This document shows positions 52,141 through 62,159 of a stretch of 64,000 bases of DNA, in pieces. The stretch covers positions 96,001-160,000 of the forward strand of contig CAVWFS010000001.1 in NCBI GenBank assembly GCA_963754315.1. Direction: 5' to 3'. The notes beneath the pieces are model-generated. The model was given only the letters and a program-made list of their open reading frames with translations. It searched no databases and had not been told where the DNA came from. Position 1 is the stretch's first letter; every line of letters starts with the position of its first letter. This DNA is from an uncultured Candidatus Rokubacteria bacterium (lineage in GTDB: Bacteria; Methylomirabilota; Methylomirabilia; Rokubacteriales; CSP1-6). The position numbers and the translations under genes are program-made.

Positions 52141-53427
52141 GTGTACGACCCCGGCCTGGAAACCCTACCGCGCGAGGCGCTCCGTGCTCATCAATGGCAG
52201 CGCGTCCGCGCGCTCGTCGCGGAGGCGCTAGCCGGCAATATCTTTCTCCGGCGAAAGTGGGGTGCGGCCGGTGTCCGCTCTGCAGCCGACCTCGAAACCT
52301 GGGGGGATTTCGCGCAGTTGCCGTTCACCACCAAGGCGGAGCTCGTCGCGGACCAGGCCGACCACCCCCTCTTCGGGACGAACCTCACGTACCCGCTCGA
52401 GCGCTATGTGCGCGTGCACCAGACCTCGGGGACTACTGGCACTCCCATCCGGTGGTTGGAGACGCAGGAGTCGTGGGACTGGTGGGCACGCTGCTGGGGC
52501 TTCGTCTTGGCCGGCGCCGGCGTGACACCAGCCGATCGCGTCTTTGTTCCCTTCTCGTTTGGCCTGTTCATCGGATTCTGGGCAGGCTTCGAGGGGACCC
52601 GCGCACTGGGGGCCCTCGCCATCCCGGGTGGTGGTCAGGACTCGGCGACCCGTCTGGCTTCGATGGAGGCCCTGGGAGTCACCGTCCTGATATGCACACC
52701 GTCGTATGCGCTTCACCTGGTCGAGGTGGCTCGCGAACGCGGCGTCGCCCTCGACAAGCTCCCTGTCCGGGTGACCATTCATGCAGGCGAACCGGGCGCC
52801 GGCATCCCTGCGGTCCGGGCACGGATCGAGGAGGCCTGGGGCGCCCGGGCCTTCGATCACGCGGGGATGACCGAAATCGGCGCCTACGGTTACGAATGCG
52901 AGGAGCAGACAGGACTGCACATCAACGAGTCGGAGTTCATCGCGGAGGTGATCGATCCGGCCACGGGGGCTCCGGCTTCGGAAGGCGAGCTCGTGCTTAC
53001 CAATCTCGGCCGGATGGGCTCACCGGCCGTTCGCTATCGCACGGGCGATCGCGTCCAGCGCGACGATCGGGCCTGCCCGTGCGGCCGGACCTTCATGAAG
53101 CTCGCGGGGGGCATTCTGGGGCGCCTGGACGACATGCTGATCGTGCGAGGCGTCAACGTGTTTCCGTCCGCGATCGAGGACATCGTGCGGCGGTTTCCGG
53201 CCGTTGACGAGTTCCAGATCGAAGTGTCACGCCAGGAGGAACAGGACGAGCTGCGCGTGTGCCTCGACGCCCCCGACGGGATCAACGTAGGCGCCGTGCA
53301 GGAGGCGTTTCGGCTTGGTCTCGGCATCCGCATCGACGTGGTGGCCGTCCCTGCCCGGAGCCTTCCCCGCTACGAGCTGAAGGCGCGCCGAGTGGTCAGG
53401 CAGAGTCAGGAACGCGTGTCGCGCTGA
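52141..53427 (+). CDS. Phenylacetate-CoA ligase family (PaaK-like) protein
   Basis: TSGTTG, CTPSY, AGEPG, RYRTGD and GRLDDMLIVRGVN motifs. Confidence 0.9.
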   Translation: MYDPGLETLPREALRAHQWQRVRALVAEALAGNIFLRRKWGAAGVRSAADLETWGDFAQLPFTTKAELVADQADHPLFGTNLTYPLERYVRVHQTSGTTGTPIRWLETQESWDWWARCWGFVLAGAGVTPADRVFVPFSFGLFIGFWAGFEGTRALGALAIPGGGQDSATRLASMEALGVTVLICTPSYALHLVEVARERGVALDKLPVRVTIHAGEPGAGIPAVRARIEEAWGARAFDHAGMTEIGAYGYECEEQTGLHINESEFIAEVIDPATGAPASEGELVLTNLGRMGSPAVRYRTGDRVQRDDRACPCGRTFMKLAGGILGRLDDMLIVRGVNVFPSAIEDIVRRFPAVDEFQIEVSRQEEQDELRVCLDAPDGINVGAVQEAFRLGLGIRIDVVAVPARSLPRYELKARRVVRQSQERVSR

Positions 53428-53738
53428 TAGTGGACGGCCAGCCAGACGGTGGGCTGGCTGGGATCCGTCCATTCCACGCGATGCCGCCGATGTGCGGGAA
53501 TCGTCACGTGATCTCCTGGCTCCAAGGTGAGGATGTCTGGTGTGCCTTCGAAGGAGAGGGCGGCCCGGCCGCGTAGCAACACGACCCACTCATGAAGGTC
53601 CTGGTCGCACCACTGTCCGGGCGGCGTGACCTGGCCGGTGGAGACGATGCGCTCGATGCGGACCCCGATCCCCTCGGCGAGCACGTCGACGGTTTCCTGG
53701 GAAGCACGGTCGGGAAGTTCGCCCCAGAGACTCGTCAT
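53406..53738 (-). CDS. Small cupin-domain protein
   Basis: RIERIVSTGQ..P, EWVVLLRG and HRRHRVEWT motifs. Confidence 0.85.
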   Translation of the reverse strand: MTSLWGELPDRASQETVDVLAEGIGVRIERIVSTGQVTPPGQWCDQDLHEWVVLLRGRAALSFEGTPDILTLEPGDHVTIPAHRRHRVEWTDPSQPTVWLAVHYQRDTRS

Positions 53739-54238
53739 CGCGCGAGCCGCTCGATCAGCGCAGTGTGTTGGGGGTGCGATCTGATCAGCTGACGGCGGTC
53801 TCCCAGCTCGAAGTCGGCGAACTCGAAGCCCGGCGCGACGGTGCAGCCCACTAGCGAGTAGGGAGTGCCCGGGAGTGGAGCGGCGCCGAACCAGGTTCCA
53901 GCCTCCACTACAGCTTGCAACGCCTGCCCCTGGTCGGGATCTGTCCCCAGGATGGTCTCGTGGAGACCCCCATGAGGGCGAATCAGAAAGATGGTCAGGG
54001 GGCCTCCCGCGTAGAAGTGCCAGATCTCGTCCGACTTTATGCGATGTAGCCGTGAGACCTCGCCGGCGCGTAGGAGGAAGTAAATCGCCGTGCTGAAGGC
54101 GCGCGCGTCGCCGTACCGGGCTGGGAGATCGGTGCCGGCCACGCCCTCAGTCGATCGGTACGTCTCACGGAAGTGGCCGCCCTCGGGGTGAGGCGTGAGC
54201 CTGAGGCTCGTAATCCAGTCATTTGCCGAGCGGCTCAT
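53735..54238 (-). CDS. Cupin_5/DUF985 family protein
   Basis: PHPEGGHFRE, TAIYFLL, DEIWHFY and CTVAPGFEFADF motifs. Confidence 0.92.
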   Translation of the reverse strand: MSRSANDWITSLRLTPHPEGGHFRETYRSTEGVAGTDLPARYGDARAFSTAIYFLLRAGEVSRLHRIKSDEIWHFYAGGPLTIFLIRPHGGLHETILGTDPDQGQALQAVVEAGTWFGAAPLPGTPYSLVGCTVAPGFEFADFELGDRRQLIRSHPQHTALIERLAR

Positions 54239-54409
54239 GGCTGCATCATACGACCTTGGCAATCCGTTCAATGCGTCGGGTCCGTAGAGACAAGTGAGGT
54301 GGCTCCCTTGAGGCAGGGCACAGGAGGGCCGGACCGGGACCAGCGGCCCGATGACAGTGGCGTGGGCGGCTTGTCCGCCCCCCGTCCGGTCTGGTACTCA
54401 AGGGAAGGC

Positions 54410-54958
54410 ATGGCCAGGGCCGGCGGGGTGCTCGTTAGCCGAATGGCCCTCGGGGATGGTGAGGCCTTTGCCCAGTTCTACGACCGCTACGCGTCCCTGG
54501 CCTTTGCCGTGATCCTCCGAATCGTCCGCGATCGGACGGACGCCAGTGAGGTGCTCCAAGACGTATTCTGGGAGACGTGGCATGCGGCGGCGGCCTATGA
54601 CCCCGCGCGAGGAACCCCGGAAGCCTGGGTGGTCAACCGGGCGCGGGCACGGGCAATCGATCGGGTCCGATCGCTTCGTAGAAGAAACGAGATCTTCGTC
54701 GCTCCGGTTGAGGAGGGGCTCACGGCGGACACCAGCGCGGGCAGCACACCTGGGGAAGGACTGGAAGACCGAGGCCTCGTGCAGTCGGCGCTGGCGCAGC
54801 TATCCGATGGGCAACGGGAGGTCATCGAGCTGGCCTATTACGACGGACTCACGCAGACGGAGATTGCCCAGCGAACCAAGCAGCCGCTGGGCACCGTGAA
54901 GACACGAATCCGACTGGGGCTCGCGCGACTCCGCGAGGTCGTGAGAAGCGCAGAATGA
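54410..54958 (+). CDS. ECF sigma factor (SigK-like)
   Basis: EVLQDVF..W, RAIDRVR and LAYYDGLTQTEIA...PLGTVKTRIR motifs. Start uncertain. Confidence 0.9.
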   Translation: MARAGGVLVSRMALGDGEAFAQFYDRYASLAFAVILRIVRDRTDASEVLQDVFWETWHAAAAYDPARGTPEAWVVNRARARAIDRVRSLRRRNEIFVAPVEEGLTADTSAGSTPGEGLEDRGLVQSALAQLSDGQREVIELAYYDGLTQTEIAQRTKQPLGTVKTRIRLGLARLREVVRSAE

Positions 54959-55789
54959 CCCACGAGATCTACGAGACGCTAGCGTCCGGTTACGCGCTCG
55001 GTACCCTCGACGGCGACGACCTAGCGCAGTTCCAGGCGCACATCGCCGATGGGTGTGCGGCGTGCACGGCCGCCCTCCGGCAGACCGAGGCGACGTTGGC
55101 GCTGCTCGCCCGCGCGACACCGCCGATGATTCCCCCCGCCCACGTCAAGCAGGCCCTTCTCGCGCGCATTGCGGCGGAGGGGCCCCGGCGGGCGGCGCCG
55201 GTCCCTCGTCCAAGGTGGTTTCCGTGGGTGGCAGGGGCGGTGGCGGCAGGCCTCCTGGCTTTCTTCACCGGAATGTTCGTGGCATCGCGCTACGAGGCTC
55301 GTCTCGGGCAGGCGGCGCGCGAGGTGGTCGCGCTTCGCCAGCGCGTTCAGGGACAGCAGAGAGCCGTCGCCCACGTCATCGATTTGCTCCGCGAGCCTGG
55401 CACGAGCGTACTCCGGCTGCGGGGACAGGGCCCGACGCCTGATGCCTCGGCCAGCCTCTTGTGGAACGACCAGAGCGGCGGCCACCTGTTGGTGGCGAGT
55501 CTGCCACCGTTGCCGCCCAGCGAGACGTATGAGTTCTGGACAATCAGCGGGGGCACCCCGCGTCCAGCCGGTCTGTTCACGGTCGACGCCTCGGGCCGTG
55601 GTGGACACTTCGTGGATCCGGTGCCCGGTGGCCGTCCCGAGGTTTTCGCCGTCACCATCGAGCCTGCGGGCGGAGTAGTCGGCGCCTACGGGTCCCGTTG
55701 TTATGATGGGGGGCCTCGAAGGGCCCCCCAAGCCCCCCGACGCTCGTCGCGCCCCGGGGGACCCGGGACGCTCCTCGGGCTCACGCTAA
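54955..55789 (+). CDS. Anti-sigma factor (RskA-like), frameshift near 55676
   Basis: N-terminal HxxxCxxC (HIADGCAAC), a TM helix, YEFW and FAVTIEPAGG. Continues as SAPTGPVVM in a shifted frame. Confidence 0.85.
55706..55778. repeat. GC-rich double-hairpin REP-like element, copy 1
   Basis: ATGGGGGGCCTCGAAGGGCCCCCCA...GCGCCCCGGGGGACCCGGGACGC; related to 61147-61213. Confidence 0.65.
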
Positions 55790-55811
55790 GGTTGAGGCCT
55801 CGAAGGGCCGG

Positions 55812-56450
55812 TCACGGTTTCAGGGTACTCTCCACAAGGTTGGCCATGGACTGGCTGGCGCCGTCGGGGGCGGCGCGAAGGCCGGAGATCACGCCAGCTC
55901 GATCGGCCGGCTCGCGATTCTGGCTCACCTTCCACTTGCCCTCCAACCGCACGATGGGGATCTCGATGCCCACGATGCCGCCAAGCTGCTTGTCAATGAA
56001 GTCGGCGGGGGCGTCGGTGACTGCCCATTCGGGCTGCCGTCCTGCCTCGTGGGCGCGCGTGAGCCGGGCGACGAGATTGTAGAGCCAGGTCCGGTCCTCC
56101 ACGATGCCAAGCGGGCCGTGCGCGTGGACGACCGCGTAGTTCCAGGTTGGGACTACCTTGCCCGTCTCGCGTTTCGTCTTGTACCAGGACGGCGTGATAT
56201 AGGTCTGGGGGCCGACGAAGATGGCCAGGGCATGGACATCCTTCGCGTAGCTTTGCCACACGGGATTGGCGCGCGCCACGTGGCCCCTCAGCGTTCCGTA
56301 GGGCAGGGGGTCGGTGTCGATCTCCATCGGGATATGGTTGGCCTCCAGCCCGTCCGGTCCCCACGTCACCAAGGTGGCCAGGCTGTGCTCCCGGATGAGG
56401 CCATGCAGGGTCGGGACGTCCTCCTCCCTGAACTGCGCGGGAACGTACAT
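55812..56450 (-). CDS. paiB: PaiB-family FMN-binding protein
   Basis: MYVP..F, GHVARANP, YITPSWY, VPTWNY and KWKVSQN motifs. Confidence 0.93.
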   Translation of the reverse strand: MYVPAQFREEDVPTLHGLIREHSLATLVTWGPDGLEANHIPMEIDTDPLPYGTLRGHVARANPVWQSYAKDVHALAIFVGPQTYITPSWYKTKRETGKVVPTWNYAVVHAHGPLGIVEDRTWLYNLVARLTRAHEAGRQPEWAVTDAPADFIDKQLGGIVGIEIPIVRLEGKWKVSQNREPADRAGVISGLRAAPDGASQSMANLVESTLKP

Positions 56451-56469
56451 GACTCGTTTCCCTCCTCGG

Positions 56470-57027
56470 CTACCGTCGGCGGGCCGCGTGCAGGATGGCC
56501 ACCACCGTCATCGAATCCTTGATCTCGCTGCGCTCCACCATGTGCAGAGCCTGCGCGAAGGAGAACGGCCGAACCTCGAGGAACTCCGTGGGATCCGCCT
56601 CGCGTTGGACGGGGCGGAGCCGCTCGGCCAGGTAGATGTGAGCCACCTCCTCCATGATGCTCTTCGAGGTGTGGAACTCGCAGACCTTCACGAACCGGTC
56701 CGCCTCGTAGCCCGCCTCCTCGGCCAGCTCGCGCCGCCCGGCTGCCTCCATGTCCTCGCCCGGATGCACGCCCCCCGTGGGCATCTCCCAGGAGAACTCC
56801 TGGAAGACGTACCGATACTGGCCCACCAGCACGATCGTGTCGGCATCGAGAAACGGCAGAACGCCGACGGCGGGTTTGCACTGGACCACTCCGTAGATCG
56901 TGGTCCGCCCGTCGGGCAGTTCGGCAATGTCCTCGCGCAGCCGCATCCAGGGATTCTCGTAGACCAGGCGGCTGGTATGCGTTGTCCAGGGGGTCCGGGC
57001 GAGGGCCCGCCGATGTTCGGGTTCCAT
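56470..57027 (-). CDS. NUDIX hydrolase (ADP-ribose pyrophosphatase-like)
   Basis: QYRY and WEMPTGG...AAGRRELAEEAGY Nudix box. Confidence 0.92.
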   Translation of the reverse strand: MEPEHRRALARTPWTTHTSRLVYENPWMRLREDIAELPDGRTTIYGVVQCKPAVGVLPFLDADTIVLVGQYRYVFQEFSWEMPTGGVHPGEDMEAAGRRELAEEAGYEADRFVKVCEFHTSKSIMEEVAHIYLAERLRPVQREADPTEFLEVRPFSFAQALHMVERSEIKDSMTVVAILHAARRR

Positions 57028-57114
57028 GGTCGGAGAGCATCCCACGAATCCCGAGCGTCTCAAAAGGTCGGGTATACTGCCAGGTGCGGTTTACCCCGCT
57101 CAAGGAGTTTCTAC

Positions 57115-57662
57115 ATGGCACTTCCCAAACCGGTCGAGCAGCTCTGGGCTGAGCTTCAGACCGTCAGAGGCCAGGTCCTCCGGGAAGCCGAGGGATTGTC
57201 GCAGGGCCAGGTCGACTGGAAGCCGAGCGAGAGGGATTGGTCGGTCGGCGAGATCATCGACCATTTGACGATCGCCGAGATCGCCACCGGCAAGCTGACC
57301 ACCAAGCTCACCCGGGAGGCCGAGGCCGCTGGTGGGCTCGCGCCATTTCCCGATGAGCTGAGCGTCTTCGCCGCCGTTCCGGCCGGACCACCCGGTCCCG
57401 CCGAAGCCCCTCCCGTGGTGTGGCCCAGCTACGGCAAGTCCATCGGCGATCTCATCACCGCCATGAAGGCCACGCGCGAGCGGAGCCGGCAGTCCGTCGA
57501 GCGGCTCGGCGGACCATCGATCCGCGTCCCCTGAAGTTCAAGCACTTCCGCCTCGGCGAGCTGGATCTGGCACAGTGGTGGATGCTCCAGGCCGAGCACG
57601 ACGGAATTCACCTCGTCCAGATCCGCGACGTCAAGGGCGCGCCGGGCTTCCCGAAAACCTGA
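57115..57662 (+). CDS. DinB-family protein, frameshift near 57510
   Basis: WSVGEIIDHL in the first frame; HFRLGELDL.QW....EHDGIHL.QI in the second. Confidence 0.82.
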
Positions 57663-57872
57663 GTGGCCACCAAGGTCGTTCTGCGTAATCCGCGGCGGGA
57701 AGTCGAGGTGCGAAGCAACCGCCGCGTCAAGGACATCCTGCACGAGCTTGGCATCATCCCGGAAACGGTTCTCATCATCGCGGGCGATACCCTGATCACG
57801 CTCGACCACGTCGTGCGCGAGAATGAGACGATCGAGCTGAGACCGGTCATGTCCGGGGGGCGGGCTCCGTGA
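57663..57872 (+). CDS. ttuB: ThiS/MoaD-like sulfur carrier (TtuB-like) with a 3-residue extension after GG
   Basis: 69 aa beta-grasp size; ends VMSGG-RAP; coupled to ttuA. Confidence 0.8.
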   Translation: MATKVVLRNPRREVEVRSNRRVKDILHELGIIPETVLIIAGDTLITLDHVVRENETIELRPVMSGGRAP

Positions 57873-58783
57873 AGTGCAAGAAGTGCGGGGGGGGCGCTGT
57901 CATCGAGCTCAGACGCCACAACACCGCCTTCTGTACGCCCGACTTCCTGACCTTCTTCCGCAACCAGGTTCGGGAAGCCGTCCGCCACTACCACATGCTC
58001 ACGCGCGAGGAGCGGGTGCTGGTGGCCGTCTCGGGCGGGAAGGACTCGCTGGCCCTGTGGGACGTGCTCCTCGAGGAGGGGTACGAGACGACCGGCCTCT
58101 ATCTCGACCTCGGCATCTTCGAATACTCCGCAGAGTCGAAGGCGAAGTGTCAAACCTTCGCGGACGGACGCGGCGTGCCTCTCCTCGTGAGCACGGTGGC
58201 CGACGAGGTGGGGGCGCCGGTGCCCGTGATCAAGGCGGTGACACGACGGCCGCCATGCTCGGGATGCGGACTCTCCAAGCGATACCTGATGAACCGCGTG
58301 GCCTTGCAGCACGGATTTCCGGTGGTGGCCACCGGACACAACCTCGACGATGAGGCGGCCACCCTGTTCGGCTCGGTCATGCACTGGCAGATGGAATCGC
58401 TCCCGCGCCAGTCGCCTGCGCTGCCGGCGTCCCATCCCAAGCTGGTGCGGCGGATCAAGCCGCTCTATCGACTGAGCGAGCAGGAGACGGCGGCCTACGC
58501 GTTCCTGAGGAAGATCGACTACATCGTTGACGAGTGCCCCTTTGCCAAGGGCGCCACCTCCATCGCCCACAAGGAGATCCTCAACCGTATGGAGGCGGCT
58601 TCCCCTGGCGCCAAGCACAATTTCCTCTTCGGCTTCCTCGACCGAGGTCGCCAGGCCTTCGTGCGAACCGAGGACGTCACCCTGAACGAGTGCATCCGCT
58701 GTGGTCAGGCGACGACCGGGACCCTGTGCGCTTTCTGTAAGCTCGCCGATCAGGTAAAGCGCGCGCCGGCCACCCCTCTCTGA
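57869..58783 (+). CDS. ttuA: tRNA 2-thiolation enzyme TtuA/Ncs6 family
   Basis: N-terminal CKKC, SGGKDS PP-loop, CSGC, GHNLDD, ECP and C-terminal CxxC..CxxC motifs. Confidence 0.9.
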   Translation: MKCKKCGGGAVIELRRHNTAFCTPDFLTFFRNQVREAVRHYHMLTREERVLVAVSGGKDSLALWDVLLEEGYETTGLYLDLGIFEYSAESKAKCQTFADGRGVPLLVSTVADEVGAPVPVIKAVTRRPPCSGCGLSKRYLMNRVALQHGFPVVATGHNLDDEAATLFGSVMHWQMESLPRQSPALPASHPKLVRRIKPLYRLSEQETAAYAFLRKIDYIVDECPFAKGATSIAHKEILNRMEAASPGAKHNFLFGFLDRGRQAFVRTEDVTLNECIRCGQATTGTLCAFCKLADQVKRAPATPL

Positions 58784-58818
58784 AGAGCGATCCCACCCTT
58801 CGGCGCAACATCACGGCG

Positions 58819-60030
58819 TTGGGGGCCGACTACGCCCTCTTCATGGTCGGACTGTCCTTCGCGTCCCAGGCTACCATCTTGCCGGCGTTCGCCGCCTATC
58901 TGGGGGCGTCCAACCTGATCATTGGGGCCATTCCGGCCGTCATGACCCTCGGGTGGTTCCTGCCCTCGCTGCCCGCCGCGCACCACACCCGCCGGCTGGC
59001 GCGCAAGCTTCCGCTGGTGCTTCGCTACACCGCCGCCGAGCGGGTCCCCTTTCTGGTCCTGGCCATCCTGGCGTTCGCAACCGCCGAGCGCGCTCCGGCT
59101 TTCACACTCATGGCGACGCTCGTCATGCTCCTGGTGTTCACGGGCACGGGCGGGGCGCTGATGCCGGCTTGGCTTCACATTGTGGCTCGGGCCATTCCGT
59201 CGGAGCTACGGGGGCGCTTCTTCGGCCTGTCAAATAGTTTGGCGGGAGTGGGTGGCCTACTGGGGAGCTTCGGTACAGCGTGGATTCTCGCCCACGTCGC
59301 TCCGCCCGCCGGCTACGGCTGGTGCTTTCTGGCGGCGACCCTCTTCATGGGTCTCTCGTGGGTGGCCTTGGCCCTGGTCCACGAGCCGGCCGAGACCTCG
59401 GTACCGGAGGCCCTTCAGCTCCGGGGCTTCCTCCGATTTGTGCTGGACATTCTGAGGTCCGATGGCAACTTCGCGTGGTTCCTGGTCGCCCGCGCCTGTA
59501 TGGGTCTCGCCGGCATGTCTTCGGGGTTCTTCACGGTATATGCCCTGCGCAGCCTCGCCGCCCAGGAGTGGCAGGTAGGTCTCTTCACCAGCGCCTTTCT
59601 GGCCGGACAGGTGGTCGGCAACCTCGTTCTCGGTTGGCTGGCCGATCGTGTCGGACATCGCGCGGTGCTGGTGAGCGGATTATTGGCAACCTTCGGCGCC
59701 AATGCGGTGGCCCTCGGCACGGGGTCGCTCGAGATCTACAGCCTGACCTTCGCGTTGAGTGGGATCAACCAGGCGGCCATCAGCGTATCGGGGCAGACTG
59801 TGCTGCTCGACTTCGCGCCCACGGCCGAGGAGCGCCCGACCTACGTTGGTCTCGGCAACTCGGCGCTGGCGCCGGTGTTCTTCGGCGCTCCCCTGTTGGG
59901 CGGGCTGATGGCCGACACTCTCGGCTTACCCTCGGTCTTCGCGCTTGCCCTCGTGGGAGCGCTGCTGGGGACGGCCCTCTTCGCGTGGTTCGTCCGAAAT
60001 CCCGCACCACCAGCGCCGATCAGCGCTTGA
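58819..60030 (+). CDS. MFS transporter
   Basis: About 12 hydrophobic segments; RGRFFG and GWLADRVGHR motifs. True start may lie slightly upstream. Confidence 0.88.
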   Translation: MGADYALFMVGLSFASQATILPAFAAYLGASNLIIGAIPAVMTLGWFLPSLPAAHHTRRLARKLPLVLRYTAAERVPFLVLAILAFATAERAPAFTLMATLVMLLVFTGTGGALMPAWLHIVARAIPSELRGRFFGLSNSLAGVGGLLGSFGTAWILAHVAPPAGYGWCFLAATLFMGLSWVALALVHEPAETSVPEALQLRGFLRFVLDILRSDGNFAWFLVARACMGLAGMSSGFFTVYALRSLAAQEWQVGLFTSAFLAGQVVGNLVLGWLADRVGHRAVLVSGLLATFGANAVALGTGSLEIYSLTFALSGINQAAISVSGQTVLLDFAPTAEERPTYVGLGNSALAPVFFGAPLLGGLMADTLGLPSVFALALVGALLGTALFAWFVRNPAPPAPISA

Positions 60031-60099
60031 TCCGGTAGTCGATCCGGGCGACAATCCCCGGGTCGTTGGCCCACGACGCAACACGAGGGCAGTCGCCGC

Positions 60100-61119
60100 A
60101 TGCCGACAAACCTCAAGAAGCCGCTTCTGCGTTCAGCCTTCGAACATAGCGAGCGAATGCGGGCGGTCAAACAGACCATCGATAGTGTGGCACCCACCGA
60201 CGTGACCGTCCTCGTCTGGGGTGAAACCGGCGTCGGCAAGGAGATGGTCGCCTGGGCTCTCCACGAGAGGTCGCCGCGCCGCGAATGTCCCTACGTGAAG
60301 GTGAACTGCGCGGCCTTGCCCCTTCCGCTCCTCGAGAGTGAGCTGTTCGGTTACGAGCGCGGTGCTTTCACCGGTGCTCACAATTCGAAACCCGGCAAGT
60401 TCGAGCAGGCCCATACGGGCACGATCTTCCTCGATGAGGTCGGCGAGATGCCGCTCCCCATCCAGGCGAAGCTGTTGCAGGTTCTCCAGGACCGTCAGTT
60501 CTCTCGCCTCGGGAGTCGTGCCGACATCAGGGTCGACGTCCGCGTGGTGGCCGCCACCAACAAGAACCTCGGGCAGCTGGTAGCCCGGATGGAGTTCCGC
60601 GAGGATCTGTACTATCGGCTCAATGTCATCAACCTCCACATCCCGGCCTTGCGCGAGCGCCCGGAGGAGATCCCCATTCTCATCGAGCGGTTTCTTGAGC
60701 ACCACGCTCGCGAGTACCGGCGGTCGAAACCCAGGCTTTCCTCGGCGACTCTCGATCTCTTCCGTACGTATTCGTGGCCGGGGAACGTGCGCGAGCTGGA
60801 GAACGTCCTGACCCGCATCGTGGTGCTGGGCACCGAGGAGTGGGTTGCGAGCGAGCTGAGCATGCGGGAGGACGGCTCGGCCAAGCGCCCGGCTCCGCCC
60901 GAGACGGTCGCGGACGCTATGGCGCGGGCGGCCCCTCGGCCGGGCGAGGGCGAGGAGCTCGGTCTCAAGCACGTCGTAGCACGGGCCGCCAAGGAGGCCG
61001 AGCGTGAGGAGCTGAACCGGGCTCTCGGTCGAGCTCGCTGGCGGCGGGTAGAGGCGGCCCGGCACCTCAAGATCAGCTATCGCACCTTGCTTCGCAAGAT
61101 CGAAGAGCACGGATTGTGA
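60100..61119 (+). CDS. Sigma-54-dependent activator (AAA+ and Fis HTH) with no N-terminal sensor domain
   Basis: GETGVGKE, ESELFG, GAFTGA, FLDEVG, FREDLYYRL, WPGNVREL and C-terminal HTH. Confidence 0.93.
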   Translation: MPTNLKKPLLRSAFEHSERMRAVKQTIDSVAPTDVTVLVWGETGVGKEMVAWALHERSPRRECPYVKVNCAALPLPLLESELFGYERGAFTGAHNSKPGKFEQAHTGTIFLDEVGEMPLPIQAKLLQVLQDRQFSRLGSRADIRVDVRVVAATNKNLGQLVARMEFREDLYYRLNVINLHIPALRERPEEIPILIERFLEHHAREYRRSKPRLSSATLDLFRTYSWPGNVRELENVLTRIVVLGTEEWVASELSMREDGSAKRPAPPETVADAMARAAPRPGEGEELGLKHVVARAAKEAEREELNRALGRARWRRVEAARHLKISYRTLLRKIEEHGL

Positions 61120-61146
61120 ACTGTTGAAGGTGGGGGACTGTTGGAG

Positions 61147-61213
61147 ATGGGGGGCCTCGAACGGACCCCCCATGCCCCTGGGCTCAGGGCGTCCCGGGTC
61201 CCCTGGGGCGCCC
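61147..61213. repeat. GC-rich double-hairpin REP-like element, copy 2
   Basis: ATGGGGGGCCTCGAACGGACCCCCCA...GGGCGTCCCGGGTCCCCTGGGGCGCCC; related to 55706-55778. Confidence 0.65.
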
Positions 61214-61218
61214 TTCGA

Positions 61219-62079
61219 TCATCGACTCGTCACGAGGTATACGCCCAGGACGACGAGGACGGTGCCGAGGACCACGCGCAGGGTGAGGCGTTCGACGCCC
61301 TTGAGGAAGAAGAAGGACAGGGGAAGCACAAAGAGCGGTCCCACCCCAGACAACGGAACCACCACACTCACCGAGCCTAGGTTCAGGGCCATCAGCCCGA
61401 GGAACACTCCGGCGTTCTCGGCCACCCCGGCCGCGATGAAATAGCCCAGGTTGCGACGCTGGCACACCATCGCCTGCCGGTTGCCGGAAAGCAGGAGGAA
61501 GACACTGAAGGCGACCAAGGCGGCGGTGACGTTGACGGCGAAGCCCAGGACCGGACCCGTCTGGCTCAAGCCGAGCTTTCTCAGGATGGCGACGACACCA
61601 AAGCAGGCGGCCGAGAGGAACGGGATGGTGAGCTGCCGCGGCCGAAATCCAAGATGCCGACCGCTCGCGGAAAGCAGGATGGTTCCTAGTACGATGACCA
61701 CGGTGCCCGCCAGAATAGGAGCCGTGACCTGCTCGCCCAGAATCAGGATGGCCAAGCCGGTGGAAATGAAGGGGCTCAGATTGATGACAGCGGAGGCTAC
61801 CGAGGCGCCGACCTGCTCGATGCTGATGAACCGCAGAAGCCGGCCGGCTACCGTGCCGATGAGCCCCGCAGCGACAAAGTAGGCGATACCCTTCGCCTGC
61901 ACGGTCTCCAGGGCGCCCATGATGACGACCGCTCCCCAGAGCCCCACGGTTCCCACCACCAGGTTGATCCATACCCCGGTGTAAACGTGGCTGCCGCGCA
62001 ATCCGTGTCTGATGAAGATGGTGGCGCCGGCGGCTAACAGGGCCCCCGTCAACGCCAGCGCGTACACGATCCCTGACAT
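61219..62079 (-). CDS. DMT/EamA family transporter
   Basis: Two EamA repeats (LILGE and FFLKGVER), about 10 TM segments. Confidence 0.9.
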   Translation of the reverse strand: MSGIVYALALTGALLAAGATIFIRHGLRGSHVYTGVWINLVVGTVGLWGAVVIMGALETVQAKGIAYFVAAGLIGTVAGRLLRFISIEQVGASVASAVINLSPFISTGLAILILGEQVTAPILAGTVVIVLGTILLSASGRHLGFRPRQLTIPFLSAACFGVVAILRKLGLSQTGPVLGFAVNVTAALVAFSVFLLLSGNRQAMVCQRRNLGYFIAAGVAENAGVFLGLMALNLGSVSVVVPLSGVGPLFVLPLSFFFLKGVERLTLRVVLGTVLVVLGVYLVTSR

Positions 62080-62159
62080 GTGTGGCCTAGGCCGAGAGCC
62101 TACCAGCTTCCGCGAGAGATCGGCCATGTGTGAGATCATCGCCAAGCGGTGACGCCGCG

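Noticed and set aside
55680..56082. Long C-terminal extension of the anti-sigma factor overlapping paiB
   Set aside because: Produced by the frameshift near 55676; the natural SAPTGPVV ending is in another frame.
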